Part shown: positions 37,587 to 50,757 of the stretch, piece after piece
Layout: every line of letters starts with the position of its first letter
Numbering within the stretch: position 1 is the stretch's first letter
NCBI GenBank assembly: GCA_965178125.1
Contig: OZ237752.1
Coordinates: forward strand, 992,001 to 1,056,000
Length of the DNA: 64,000 nucleotides
From: Bilabrum cf. latius
Lineage: Eukaryota
Direction of reading: 5' to 3'
Program-made: the position numbers and the translations under genes
The notes under the pieces: generated by a model
What the model was told of the DNA's origin: nothing
The model's database searches: none
Seen by the model: the letters and a program-made list of their open reading frames with translations, nothing else

Positions 37587-40211
37587 ATGTATTTGATGTG
37601 TATTATAGCCGCTATCCTTACGGCAGAAGGCTCAGTGATGCGTCCTGCTGTGGGTGGACGGCTGATCCCAGGAGTAAAGGCTGCAACATTTGAGATTACG
37701 GCAGGGCGCGAGCCATTGCCACAAGCGGTTGAGAGGCTTCTTTGCGAATCACAGCTTGATTTGAGGCACTGTGTAGCGGCCATTCACGCTGTGGAGGCTG
37801 TTGTACCAGATATGCGGCTCGGCCAGAGACATCGAGGTCGCAGCTCAATTTGGCCGTTTTGGCGGATTACAGCATTTGTTCGAACGACGCATAGCGTATA
37901 CGTAAATGCGTACCTCCATAGCTCGGCAAAGCTTAGCTTATCTCGGCTGCAAGCCATTTTAAACAGGGACGGGGCCGTTGCGTTCGCTGTTCCAGTTGCC
38001 CGCTCTCGATTTATGGTCGCGCAGTCCAGAGTATTCAAACAAATTCAAGCCCTATCAGTAGATGAGCAACTATATTAGCAAGGCATTCAAGCTAACTTCT
38101 CGTCAAACTCTACGAGTGGTGCCATATCGGTGCATGGCTATCTCGATCGAGTCCACGCCAGGAGCGTCCTGCGACAGCCAGGCACGGGCATGTTCGCAAT
38201 AGGGTTCCGCTCCAAGGCGCGGGGTGCACCACCTGAGCTACATGTAGCTATGAATGAGCCTCGTCTGCGCTAGAGGTGTTTGGAACTTCTCCAGTGGCCC
38301 CAGGAGGCACTAGAGTACGGCCGGTCCTACTCGATCGTTTTCGAGTCGGTGCCGGCTTTGGCCGACATTAGCGGAGAGAATGTGTCTAGTAGAGAAGATA
38401 TTGATTCAACTCGAACGTTGTGTGACTCGCCGAATTATCCCGATCGCTTTGCTGCATGCAACGGAACGAGTCACCTCGCAACAGCACGGCAGCGCCTGCT
38501 GCACGTTTCCAGCCAGGCGACCTCTGTGCTCATGGGGCACCCCGATGATGCTCCATATCACCAGGTGCTGGGGCTGCCCCCCGACACGAGACAGGGGTCA
38601 TCCGTGCTGGACCTGCTGCCCCGGCTGCAGCCGCCTTGGAGACAGGTGCATCTCTCCGTGTACGAGGCCATGACCATGTCCCTGCGGCGGGGCATGGTGC
38701 TGCTGGGGTCCATGATCGGGGTGCAGGAGCAGTCCTGGGAGACCATCGGCAGCGGGCTGGAGGGGCTGCCCATGGACGAGCTGAGTTTATCCACGTCACT
38801 GACACAGCTGATTGGCCACCACGTGTACGAGGCGGGCATGCAGCTGGCCAGGGAGAGCCCGGCCGTGTACGGGCCCATGGTGCGGCGGCTGCTGCCCGGG
38901 ATGGACCTGGGCTGGGCTGCGCGCATGCCCGCGCATCCCGCTGTGGCAGCTGCAGGCAGCGTGGATGCAGCTGTTGTGGCGATGCGGCAGGGAGGAGAGG
39001 AGGCGGAGCGCATGGTGGCGGGGGCGTTCTGGTGCGTGCATGCGGACCGGTTGCGGGATGCTGGGCTGAGCGAGGCAGAGGTGGATGATGAGCTGCAGCG
39101 GCATCTTGAGGCCAGGCGCAGGCTGTGCACGGTGATTCCGGCCAGCTCGCTCGAGCGCGGGATCGTGGAGCACACAGTGCACGCGGCGTTTCTGTCCTCT
39201 CGGCGCGTGTTGATCGCGCTGAAGCAGGAGCTGCACGACGGGTCGGGCGAGAACGTGACTCTGTTCGAGGAGCTGGCGGGCAGGTATCCGGCGGGGAGCG
39301 TGGACGTGCTGGTGCGTCGGTTCGACCACAGGGAGTGGCGGGCGGCGTGGGTCGGGGACCGGCTGGCCGCTCCGGCCCGTCAGTGGATGGCGGTGACTCG
39401 ACACGTGGCTGCGTTGGAGGTGCTGCGCGAGCGCGACCGTGCGATGGAGCTGCACGGACAGGGCGGGCCGTGGGAGGGCGGGGGCGTGCAGATGGCTGCT
39501 TCTCGGCGCGTGGGTCTGGAGGCGGAGCAGGCAGCCGGGGGCCCTGGGAGGATGTGGCACCTGTACCTGGATGCAGACGAGGTGGTGGATTCGTGGGGCG
39601 TGGTGGGCGTGCTGCGTGACCTGGAGGCGAAGGGGGAGGCCGGAGCATCGCTGCTGGCTCTCAGTCGAGAGGCCAGGCCAACTGGAATCGGCACAGAGAC
39701 GTCCGTTACAAGTAGCGGCGGGAGCGGTGGGAAGGGCCATTCTGCTGTCGAGGCCGATGTGGGCTGGGCCGGTGGCCTGGGCTGTAGTAGAGTCGCACAA
39801 TGTCCTTCGAGTGGGGACGGAGCCCGATCCCTGCCTAGCATGCAGCACTGGGTGCAGCGCACGCAGGCACCACCTCCTCGCACCCAAGTCAATATAGAGT
39901 ACGGCTTGTTTCTTCGGGAGGACGTGGTGCGGAGGCTGCCGGCGGGCGCGACGATGCACCACCTGGAGAGGAGCTGGGCGTGCTCCATGGATGCCCCCGG
40001 CTTCTGGCCCACGGATCTAGCCATGCCGAGGCGATATGCCGTGGCTCCTCCCTTGCCCAACGGCCGCAGGGCGGCGGGGGCGTCTGGCGGTGAGGTGGTG
40101 CTGCATCTGCGGGACATTCGGTTTTCGGAGGAGCTGCTGGCGAGCAAGTACGTGCTGCGGGGGGAGGGCGGGTACACGCTGTCGGGATTTGAGAAATGGC
40201 AAGAAGTTTAA
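37587..40211 (+). CDS. Putative GT-A glycosyltransferase-like protein, paralog 2
   Basis: MYLMCIIAAILTA signal; TAG 38076 and 38271 read through with continuous similarity to the paralogs (LY[Q]QGIQANFSS vs LYLLGIQANLSS); WHLYLDADE; ends TAA. Confidence 0.62.
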
Positions 40212-40370
40212 TTTGCTTCTTCCACATCATTGGCCCCACTCTGCTTTTGAGTATGCCAGTGTGGGGTGCCCATGTCCGATCCACCCGTGGTCCTAGGCTA
40301 GACTGGAGGGCTACGATGTGTTCCGGGTTGCTGGAGCATTCTCTATGCAGCCACGAATCTAGTGCCCCCG

Positions 40371-42932
40371 ATGAGTCGCAAGATTTCCTGCCTCTTTTGT
40401 ACTTACAGTTTGCTTTTGCTTTCGCATGCAAGCACTCTTGCATGTTCGAAGCGGTTGGAAATTGCAGACCAGCCAGCAGTGTATGCCCAAACGTTTAATG
40501 TAGTTGTGGGTAGGGATTCGGTAGATGAAGCTGTGCGCCGCAACGTATGCCCTTTAGATGTTGTTACTGAAAGCATATGTCGCCTCGCGATCACGAGGTC
40601 TGCTGCGCTTATACCATCAGGGAATCTTGGTGCAGTTCGAGCGACCGCACCAAACAGAAGCCTACTGTGGCCGTTATGGCGAGTGTTGGTGTTTGTATGC
40701 GCCTCTCAGAAGCATGCTACAAATAGTTTGAACGTTGTAGTTGATGAGGCGATCGTTGAGAGCGTTTGCACTGCCGGTGCGAAGGCTTTTGCAATCCCTG
40801 TTGCTCGGGGAAGGGCATTCGTTTCTACGGATGCTGAGTTTTATAGGCTGGAGAGAATGATCGAACCTCCGTTTGTTTTCTTCCTCGGCAAGCAGGCCGA
40901 TTACGCTTAGCATTCAGCGGTCGGTGTGCTGTCGGCATTTGGGGTTGTCGATTCCGCCACTATCACCCGCTTCATGAGCCGTGGCGCACACGGCATCCAT
41001 CACACAGGCATGCGTTCCTTCAGCCGGACCGTGCACCCGGGCCTGGCCGAGGCTTTCGAGGACCCGAGAATCCGCGCCCGTGTGCGCTCGCTGCTGCAGT
41101 GGCCGCAGCAGGCGCTGGAATGGGCGCGGGCCTACTCGCTCGCACAGGAGACAGACCTACTGGCGGGGCGGACTGCGGCTCTGGGGGCGCGGGGAGACGC
41201 TGCTGGCCAGTGGAACACCACCGTGCTACGAGAGGCAACACAGCAGCAGGCTAAGCGAACTACCAGGCACTTCGTAGCCACTAAGAGAGATGGTAGCTAC
41301 GTCTCGTTCGCTGGGCTGCCCCCCGACACGAGACAGGGGTCATCCGTGCTGGACCTGCTGCCCCGGCTGCAGCCGCCTTGGAGACAGGTGCATCTCTCCG
41401 TGTACGAGGCCATGACCATGTCCCTGCGGCGGGGCATGGTGCTGCTGGGGTCCATGATCGGGGTGCAGGAGCAGTCCTGGGAGACCATCGGCAGCGGGCT
41501 GGAGGGGCTGCCCATGGACGAGCTGAGTCTGGTGGAATCTGTTGGGCAGCTGATTGGCCACCACGTGTACGAGGCGGGCATGCAGCTGGCCAGGGAGAGC
41601 CCGGCCGTGTACGGGCCCATGGTGCGGCGGCTGCTGCCCGGGATGGACCTGGGCTGGGCTGCGCGCATGCCCGCGCATCCCGCTGTGGCAGCTGCAGGCA
41701 GCGTGGATGCAGCTGTTGTGGCGATGCGGCAGGGAGGAGAGGCGGCGGAGCGCATGGTGGCGGGGGCGTTCTGGGGCGTGCATGCGGACCGGTTGCGGGA
41801 TGCTGGGCTGAGCGAGGCAGAAATTCGTGCTGAGCTGCAGCGGCATCTTGAGGCCAGGCGCAGGCTGTGCACGGTGATTCCGGCCAGCTCGCTCGAGCGC
41901 GGGATCGTGGAGCACACAGTGCACGCGGCGTTTCTGTCCTCTCGGCGCGTGTTGATCGCGCTGAAGCAGGAGCTGCACGACGGGTCGGGCGAGAACGTGA
42001 CTCTGTTCGAGGAGCTGGCGGGCAGGTATCCGGCGGGGAGCGTGGACGTGCTGGTGCGTCGGTTCGACCACAGGGAGTGGCGGGCGGCGTGGGTCGGGAA
42101 CAGGCTGGCCGCTCCGGCCCGTCAGTGGATGGCGGTGACTCGACACGTGGCCGTGCTGGAGGTGCTGCGCGAGCGCGACCGTGCGATGGAGCTGCACGGA
42201 CAGGGCGGACCGTGGGAGGGAGGGGGCGTGCAGATGGCTGCTTCTCGGCGCGCGGGTCTGGAGGCGGAGCAGGCAGCCGGGGGCCCTGGGAGGATGTGGC
42301 ACCTGTACCTGGATGCAGACGAGGTGGTGGATTCGTGGGGCGTGGTGGGCGTGCTGCGTGACCTGGAGGCGAAGGGGGAGGCCGGAGCATCGCTGCTTGC
42401 TCTGCTTCGGGAATCGATCCCGGGAGGTGGCATGCAAAAGGCGAGAGGGGCTAATGGGACTAGCAGCCATTCAGACTCGCTGCCACAATGGTCGGGCAGA
42501 GTGGGGTGCACTGCCTCGGCAATGTGCCCGAGTGCCAGCGAACACCTGCCAGGTGTGCAGCACTGGGTGCAGCGCACGCAGGCACCACCTCCTCGCACGC
42601 AGGTTAGTATCGAGTACGGCTTGTTACTTCGGGAGGACGTGGTGCGGAGGCTGTCGGCGAGCGCGATGATGCACAAGCTGGAGAGGAGCTGGGCGTGCTC
42701 GATGGATGCAGCGTCAATTTGGCCCACGGATCTAGCCATGCCGAGGCGATATGCCGTGGCTCCTCCCTTGCCCAACGGCCGCAGGGCGGCGGGGGCGTCT
42801 GGCGGTGAGGTGGTGCTGCATCTGCGGGACATTCGGTTTTCGGAGGAGCTGCTGGCGAGCAAGTATGTGCTGCGGGGGGAGGACGGGTACACGCTGTCGG
42901 GGTTTGAGAAATGGCAAGAGACACCAAAGTAA
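40371..42932 (+). CDS. Putative GT-A glycosyltransferase-like protein, paralog 3
   Basis: MSRKISCLFCTYSLLLLSHA signal; TAG 40908 read through; WHLYLDADE; ends TAA. Confidence 0.62.
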
Positions 42933-43089
42933 AGCCCAGTCGAATCGTATTGTTCCTATGCATCCGCTGCAGCTTCTACAAGCAATAATCGCAGCGTGCA
43001 CTCTGCACGCATGTGCTGCAGCGAAGCTGCAGTGCACGCCGGCGGGGGATCTACCGGGCCGCCAGTGGATCATGCGGTCACTCCAATTC

Positions 43090-45324
43090 ATGAGCGCCCA
43101 GGACGCTCACACTGATCATGTTACCGATCCAATACCGCAAGCCTCTAGCCCCTCAGAATCTGACCTATCCATTCCTGATGGTGGCTCTGGTGGATTGCCC
43201 ACCGAGCTAGTTGAGGCCGAAAGTACTGCGCGCACCAGCTTGTTTTTGAGCCGGTTCATGTCAGCATGGGGTGATAGAATGTGGGAGTTCGCAGTCACGT
43301 TAATTTTGGTGGAGGCAGGACACGGGTCTATCTTCTTGCCAGCTGCGTTTGGCCTGGTAGAGTCTCTCGCAGTTGTTGCCTTCGGCCCAACAGTGGGCAG
43401 TTGGGTGTAGAAGAAAGGCAGAGAGCGATTAGATGTAGTTCAAAGGGCATTATTGATACAAAATCTGTGCGTGGCTTTGTCTGCCTTGTCAGGCTTCTTC
43501 TTGCTGTTCACCGCTGACCCCGCCGACGAAGTGCTTGCAACCCCGGGGACTGCTCGCCCGCCAGGAATCACGGGCGAAATGGTTCGATCCCGGGCTAGCA
43601 TCTTCTGGCTTTGTACGATTGGGCTGATAGGACTGGGTGCGGCAGCACGAGTGTTCAGCGTCGCTTCTTCCATTAGCGTGGACAAGGAGTGGGCCACGAT
43701 CGTGAGCGGCGGGGACGAAGGCAAGCTGAGCCATATGAACGGGATCATGAGAAGAATCGATCTATTTTGCAAGCTTGTTGCACCTGCTCTGACTGGGGTA
43801 GGGTGGGGATTCGTGGGTGGCACGATCGGGACGCTCTTCGTGAGCGCGTGGAACTGCGTGAGCTACCTGTTCGAGGTGCGCCTGCTGGGCAACGTGTTCG
43901 AGGCCGTGCTCGTGCTGCAGGGGGCACGCAGGGGGCACAGTGCTAGGCTGAAGGGCAATGTGACAGCAAGCGGACATACCACTGGCAGCAGGGGGGGGCT
44001 GGCAGCTGCTGTAGACCCAGGGGGAATGGGAGTGGCTGTGGCCGTGCAATCCCTCGGGGCGAGTGCCACGGATGCATAGGTTGCAGGGGAGAAGAGGCGG
44101 CGAGCGGGCGATGGCGAGACGAGCAATGGGCACGTTGGACCTGGCGAGGGTAACGGGGAAAACGGGGGCAGTGTGGCGGTAGGCCTAGGGGACGCACAGG
44201 CTGCATTCACGGATAATGAGAGTGGGGATGGGGGCTTAGAAGAAGAGGAGGAAGAAGAAGAGGGAGAGGAAGAAGAGGAGAAAGACAAGGGGTGTGGCTT
44301 TGAGTGGCGCGTGTACAGTCGGTAGTCGATTCTGTTCCCCATGCTCGGCCTCGCGGTGCTGTACGTGAACCACCTCTCCTTCGGCCAGGTGAGCACGACG
44401 TTCCTCCTGTGGCTGCAGCTGCACCCGGCGCTCGTGGGGCTGTGCAAGGGCGCAGGGGCGCTGTGCGGGGTGGCAGCCACGGTGTGGTTCCCGGACTGGA
44501 TCAAGAGCCAGGGAACAAGCAGGGCGGGCGTGTATGCGCTGGTTGGACTGCTGCTGGGCCTCATGCTGTCCCTCCCTGTTGCAGTGCTCACGCTCGCACC
44601 CCCGGGGCCGGGTCAGGGCCCCAGCGAGGCGGTACTCCTGAGGCTGTCCCCGCGGGCGAGCGTGGAAGGGGTGGCGGTGAACGGCACGGGCGAGGGGCAG
44701 GAGGACGGGGGTATCGACACGAGCGGGCAGGGGGGCGTGTGGACGACCGACTGGCACGTGTGGCTGCTCATGGCAGGCATCGCGCTGAGCAGGGCACCGC
44801 TCTGGGCGTATGACCTGGCCGTGACGCAGCTGCTGCAGACAGGGGTGGCGCCCTGGCACAGGGGCCCGGTGAATGGGGCCCAGCAGGCGTCCCAGAGCGT
44901 GTTTTACGTGCTAGGGTTTGCAGTGGCCATGGCTTTCCCGCGGCCCGACTCGTACGGCTGGCTGGCCCTGCTGTCTCTGCTGGCGTGCGGTGCGGCGCTA
45001 GTAATGCAGCTGGCGTTCTGCTCCAGGCACCCTGGCGGATTCGTGCACTCGCACGCGAGGCAGAGGTTGGCGAGGACTCGGAGCAGGAGCAGCAGCGACG
45101 GGTCATCCGTCTAGTCGGGGGAGGGCGGTAGCGGGGAATCTGGGCTGGAGCTGACTGTAGCTGCCGTTGGATCGTCCTAGGCAGCTGGCAGGATGGGCCA
45201 GTCGCTGAGGCTATCCAGCTCCGAATCATCAGATGAGTCGCCTAGGGGTGGCGGTGCGGCTGCAGCAGCTGCAGACGCAGTTCATGGGGTCGGTGGGCCC
45301 GAGCAGTCGGCCGAGATCGTGTGA
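43090..45324 (+). CDS. SLC40A1: Ferroportin (SLC40/FPN1 family) metal exporter
   Basis: SAWGDRMWEFAV, IQNLCV, SVDKEW, MRRIDLFCKLVAP, WNCVS, YSR[TAG]SILFPMLGLAVLY..LSFG, SRAPLWAYDLAVTQLLQ, VNGAQ. TAGs at 43408, 44077, 44323, 45112 and 45178; ends TGA. Confidence 0.9.
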
Positions 45325-45518
45325 TGTATAATGTGCATTATTTCATGCTTGTTGGGAGAATCTATGGGTGAAGCCGGCGGCGAAGAGGCGCACAGTCGTT
45401 AAGCAAGCAGCCTCCCATTGCATTGCATGCTCCGCGGTGGATCGTGCACGTGTATTCCAAATCGTCATCACCATCGTCATCATCGCAGAAATCTCAATCC
45501 CCTTCCTCTTCCTCGCGC

Positions 45519-46748
45519 TCATCGCCTGCCCCCTGGCTTGCCCCTCCTCAGGTTGTGCGCCTTGCGGTACGCGTCGAAGCCTCCACCCTTCTCGAGCTCC
45601 ACCGAGGCGCCCCAGAGCAGCAGGTGGCGGCGCTGGGGCCGACGGTACATGAGCCTCCACCGGATCGAGTACCTCAGCCGAGTGCTCTCCTGGTCAGCCG
45701 TTGATTTTTCCGCGAACGTCTCGAGGCACGCGAGCGCCCGCGCGTTGACGTACCTGGGGTCCTGCGGGGGCCTCCTCGAATCGTTGGCCACGTCCACCCC
45801 TGCGGCGATGAGCATCTCCATCACGCGGGGGGATGCGCCGCGGTGCCTCGCCAGCGATAGCACCGTGCGGGTGCCGGACCCGTCCAGCGCATTCACGTTG
45901 GCGCTGAAGCTCAGCAGCAGCCTCACGCACTCCTCCCCCTCCTCGGCCATCACGGCGCAGTGCAAGGGGGTCATGCCGCTGTGCCCCTCCCGCGCCTCGA
46001 TGTCGGCCCCGTGCTCCAGCAGCAGCCTCGCCTGCCCGTGGTTCCCCCTGAGGCAGGCCTCGTGCAGGGGGGTGCGCCCCTTGTACCTGGCCTCCAGCTG
46101 GGCGCCCGACCGCAGGAGAAGCACCGTGCAGTCGCGGTAGTAGTACCGGCCGTGCCTCGCGGCCACGTGCAGCGCCGTCATGGCGGACTTCTCTCTCTTG
46201 TTGACATCTGCGCCTGCCTCCAGCAGCAGCCGGGTGCAGTCAGAGTTGCCGAACTCGACGCCCAGCACTAGCGGAGTCTCGCCCGTGGAGCTCTGAGCGT
46301 TGGGGTCTGCCTTGTGCCGCAGCAAGGCGGAGACGCAGAGCGCGTGCCCGTCCCTGGAGGCGTAGTGCAGCGGCGTGCAGTCACCGTCGTCCTTGCAGTC
46401 GATCGTGGCCCCCGCCTCCAGCAGCATCTGCAGCACGTCCGCCCGGCCCACCAGAGCCGCCTCGTGGAGGGGGAAGACCCCGGAGGCGTTCGGTTTCTTG
46501 GGGTTGGCGCCGAACGCAAGCAGGGATCGCACGCAACCGGCGTGACCGTTCCTAACCGCCTCGCTGAGGGGCGTAGAGTCGTAGCCAAACACGTTATGCC
46601 AGTCGATGTCTGCAGCCGCGGCGGCGTCCCTGCCTCGGCCGATGCCAAATCGTTGCAATAGAGTCTCCAACACTTCCTCCCTGCCTTCACTCGCAGCCTA
46701 CCAAAGCTAGTGGGAACTAACTGTTGCAGCCGAAGCTGTTCGAGGCAT
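45519..46748 (-). CDS. Ankyrin repeat protein
   Basis: About 8 TPLH.A...G repeats. The 5' end extends through TAG 46707 and 46698 to ATG 46748 (MPRTASAATVSSH[Q]LW[Q]AASEG). Ends TGA. Confidence 0.85.
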
Positions 46749-47723
46749 CATATGCCGGGATCTGTTGCTCATCGTTCGCCGTTGATTCCCAACTAACGAA
46801 TCGAACCTAGGTCAGCTATGCGCAATAAGTTTCAAACTGCCGAAACTGTGGTTTCGCAGTAAATGAACCTATTCGCAATGCGTGTAATAATCTGTGCGCT
46901 CGCCGTTGCCAGCACTGCGCAGCTCGTTGTTCAACGCAAGCCTTTTTGTCAATCCTTTGGATGCACGGCCTGCAATGGCGAGTTGAGGAATGTCAAACTT
47001 CAATTTTGAGGTATATCGAATAATAGATGATATTCTGTTGCAGATCCGCGAGTTCCTTTGGCGACGAGGAGCAGGCTACTGCAAGCGACCTAGGTGCTTG
47101 CGCTGCACCTGCCCCAACTAAGCACAGTGCCAGGATCCAATAGATCGGTCGCCAGAAAACCCAGACGAAAGCGATCATGCACGCCTATCCAACTCAGAGG
47201 ACGGGTTCACAAGCTTGAGCTTGGTGACTAGCTCGCATCGTGAGTGAGCAAAACGACAGCAATCGATGGAATTCACATTTCCAGCCGGCGAGCAATATAT
47301 CACTCCACTTCACCAGCTAGAGCAAATAACAGCAGCAATCGGGAGCACATCTGGTGCAGGATCAGTACACTAAGATACAACGAGCCAAGTATCGCGGAAG
47401 GTTGTCGTTGGAAGGGAATTCCATGGATAGAGCCCGTACACAAAGGAATTAAAGCGTCCAAAACCAAAACAATGGTATCATCCTTACGTTTTCAACTAGT
47501 ACGCCGGTAATTTATACTCGTGTGCCTCTTCTGTAGCCACTGACAGGTGGAAATCCTTCTGCGCGGGCCGTCGCTCCTTCTAGTTGTACTGTTTAGTTTG
47601 CTAGAATCTGATATAATTTATTCGTGAAGGTTCTCCGGGTCTGATGCGTTGAGGTCCCAAAAAATATTCCAGGTTGTTTTATCCATGGATACCCCTAGTT
47701 CCGTAAAAGCTTCTTAAGCTCAG

Positions 47724-49033
47724 ATGCAGACCGTCTTCGATGCTCCGCTCCTCCATTTCGGAGTAGTGCTCTGCCTAGCCAGCTGCACAACGGCACAATT
47801 TGTCCGTGATAGCCAATTATACCAGCAAGAACTATCTGAGTCTACTGGTGAGGTGCTCGGGATGAAATAATTAAGCAATGCGAGCCGACTAGAAGCTCAA
47901 GGTGGCCACGTAATTCGACATATCGTCTTCAAACCAAAACCTTTGGTATTGACTTCGCAGGCTAGCTTCTAGCTCAGCTGTAGAACCACCCCGACTTGGA
48001 AGATATTTATTTTCCCGGAAAGTATGACATCCCGACGCAGTTCTACAGGTTCAGGCCGCCAGTGGATTACACGCAGAACGTGATATTCGATCCGTGCCGG
48101 GACCAGGAGTATGACTGCTGCAAGGACACGTACGGCACGCCAGAGTTTCGCCGGATCCTGCCGGATGGCACGGATCTGCGACTTCGTGCTGGCGGAGAGC
48201 AGCTCCCCCTGGAGAGCAGTCGGCTGCCCACGGACAGCCTCGAGATCGACGAGCTGTGCACGGGGGAGCGCCAGCCCTTCGACTACTGCGTCCGCTCGCG
48301 GGTTGCGCGCAAGCCCTACCCGCTCACGCCGCGCTGCTGGAACAACAACGCCACAATCGTGGCAGACCGCAGCTGCAGGTCCCCCATGGACGGCAGCTCC
48401 CTGCCCCTCTGCCTGGAGCTGGCCGTCACCCAGACGGCCTACATCGTGGAGTGCGGGGGGACCTTCCGGAGGTCCCAGTCCTGCGGAACCTTCCTTGAGG
48501 TTCACCGGCCGGGGTCGGAGGAGGTGCTTGCGCAGGCTCGGTTGCGGGGGCAGTACACGAGCGGGTACCGCATGGCCGTGATGACGACGACGCACGGCGG
48601 CCGCAGCAACCGCACCCTGTGCGAGGGAAGGCACGAGCTGTGGTGGGTGCACCGCACTCGGTACGAGTACATCGTGGAGAAGGTCATGCCCTTTGAGATC
48701 GTGTCTCCCCTGTGCGACTGGGATGCGGTCAACGACAGGTTCCTAGAGTACGCCACTGTGCCCGCAGTGCCCCTCACGGGCCTGGACCCCTACGCACCGT
48801 CTAGGTTTGTCGAGGCGCACACGAGGACGTTTGGTACCCCGGGGTATCCGGGCAAGGGCATGGGTCCAGAGCTGCGGCTGTTCAACCGCAGCGCGTTCCC
48901 GCAGTCGGCTCGCTTCCAGTACGGCAGCCCATATGAATACGACTTCACGCCCGCCACGGAGGACCTCACTGTCAAGGAGGGCGAGCTGTGGGAGTCGCAT
49001 CCTGAGTCCAGGGCCAGCCAGGGAGGGGCGTGA
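47724..49033 (+). CDS. Secreted Cys-rich hypothetical protein; intron 47848-47960
   Basis: Signal-like exon 1; GTGAG..TTGAC..CAG intron; exon 2 with TAG 47963 and 47981; strong GC3 bias; ends TGA. Confidence 0.65.
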
Positions 49034-50757
49034 TCGAAAACGAGGGGCGTACTGGAGATGTAACAGATGTTGTTGGTGCCTAGTATTATGCCGTGTTACG
49101 AAATCGCCAAATCGCACCTTAAAATCGCACATGCGATTTGTGGTCGTGGGTTCGGATCCGCCCGGAGCCATTTTGTAACAACTGTCGCAAGTGTAACAAG
49201 ATTCAAAAATGCCTCCTGCTGCTAAATTTTGAGGTGTTGTGGAAGCCACAATGAGCGGGGGTAATAGATAATAATCAAAAGTGTCAATAGGCGCTTTGAA
49301 TCCAGCCGCAGAGTTGATCTCAGCTGCGGCATAGAACATGGTAGGAGACGAGCTCTGGCATCCAAGCTTCGAGTACGACCTACGGCACATGACGGTCAGT
49401 ATGCGGCCCAGAAGGCCCTCAACTACTCAAATAGACACGATCAAGCTTGGCGGAGGCTACAGTCCTACGGGAGATTAAAACAGTCAGCTGCAATCAGGCA
49501 TGGTATCCCGGAGGGCAGAATCCGGTGCAAGGAAGAAGTCGCAGTTCGCACCACCCCGAGTCGCTTCAGGGCCCATCCAAGCCTAGCAAGTGTGTAAAAA
49601 GACATGAATACTCTGTAGCAGAGAGGATCAAGGTCGGATTGGCTCATAACGTCCGTAGGAGACAGCAGGAGAAAAACAGAAGAGATTCCAGGAGGTGCTT
49701 CGGGTTGCTGTGCAGCTCCGAAACGTCCATGCTAAAGCCACTACGCACCGTACGACAAGGACACCAATAAAATGTTCTAGCAAATATTGAAATGCAACGA
49801 GCTGCACGCGATTCAGCCCGATGATAAGACTATAGAGCACTCCGAAAGTGAGAGCGCCAACCTGCTGGTATAGAGGTACGTCCGGTTCGCGCACTCCCTG
49901 GAGCTGACCTTGGTCGGAAATGCCAATCGGATCGTCATAGACATCGAGTAGCATGAGATCATGCCCTCTAACATGGACAAGATGGTCGATACTACCCAAT
50001 CTCCGCTCGGCCCAGGCTTCGGCAACAAAGGATGCTTCCCTTACAGTCAAGGCACAATTAGGATGTTCGGAGCGCCAACGTATCGCTTATAAGCGTTATA
50101 GATACAATATTTTACTGCGACAGTCCGATGATTTGCAATGGCCCTCCACAGTGACCAGAAAAAGGGCAAAGAAAAACCTGTTACACTTGGGCACCACGCG
50201 CCAAGAACCCATGCAAATCGCTGGACCCCTCACTTCGACACTCCATAACTTAGGAACTAGATATCATATGACTGCCGGAAAACCACCGATCGAGAGCTCT
50301 CCGCGAGCTTAAAATGGCAAAAATGAGCTCGGAGCGACTAACGGAACAATTGAGGATCAGCGGCGCCGCGAAGACGCGGCGAACCCGCAACGAACCTGTT
50401 ACAGATTCGCCGAGGGCGGATTCGGTCCCGGGACCCAAACCTATCCCACAACCACAAATCGCAACGCCAGACGTCATCCTACAACATATCAATTCTTAGT
50501 GCGCCACGCTCAGACGCTCCTCGCGCACCATAAATCAAAATAATAGTAGTTGTCATTTGCTATAAGATTTTTGGCAGCATTTCGTAACACGCCATTAGTA
50601 TGATTGATGGCAGTTACATTTAACCGAATTATTGTGCACGGAGTCTCCGAAACAGGCTCTCATAGCCCTAGTTCTTTTCCTGGCAGGCGCCATGCCTCAG
50701 ACGTTTCCGCATACTTTCCGGATCCCAGATCAGATCGTCATCAGGTTTCCAGCCCCC

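Noticed and set aside
46860-47700. Short ORFs between the ankyrin gene and the secreted protein
   Set aside because: Could not build a coherent gene model; a multi-exon gene is not excluded.
49034-50600. Possible multi-exon minus-strand gene (coding-like pieces at 49050-49390 and 49750-50040)
   Set aside because: Exons could not be joined and no family was recognised, so it was left uncalled.
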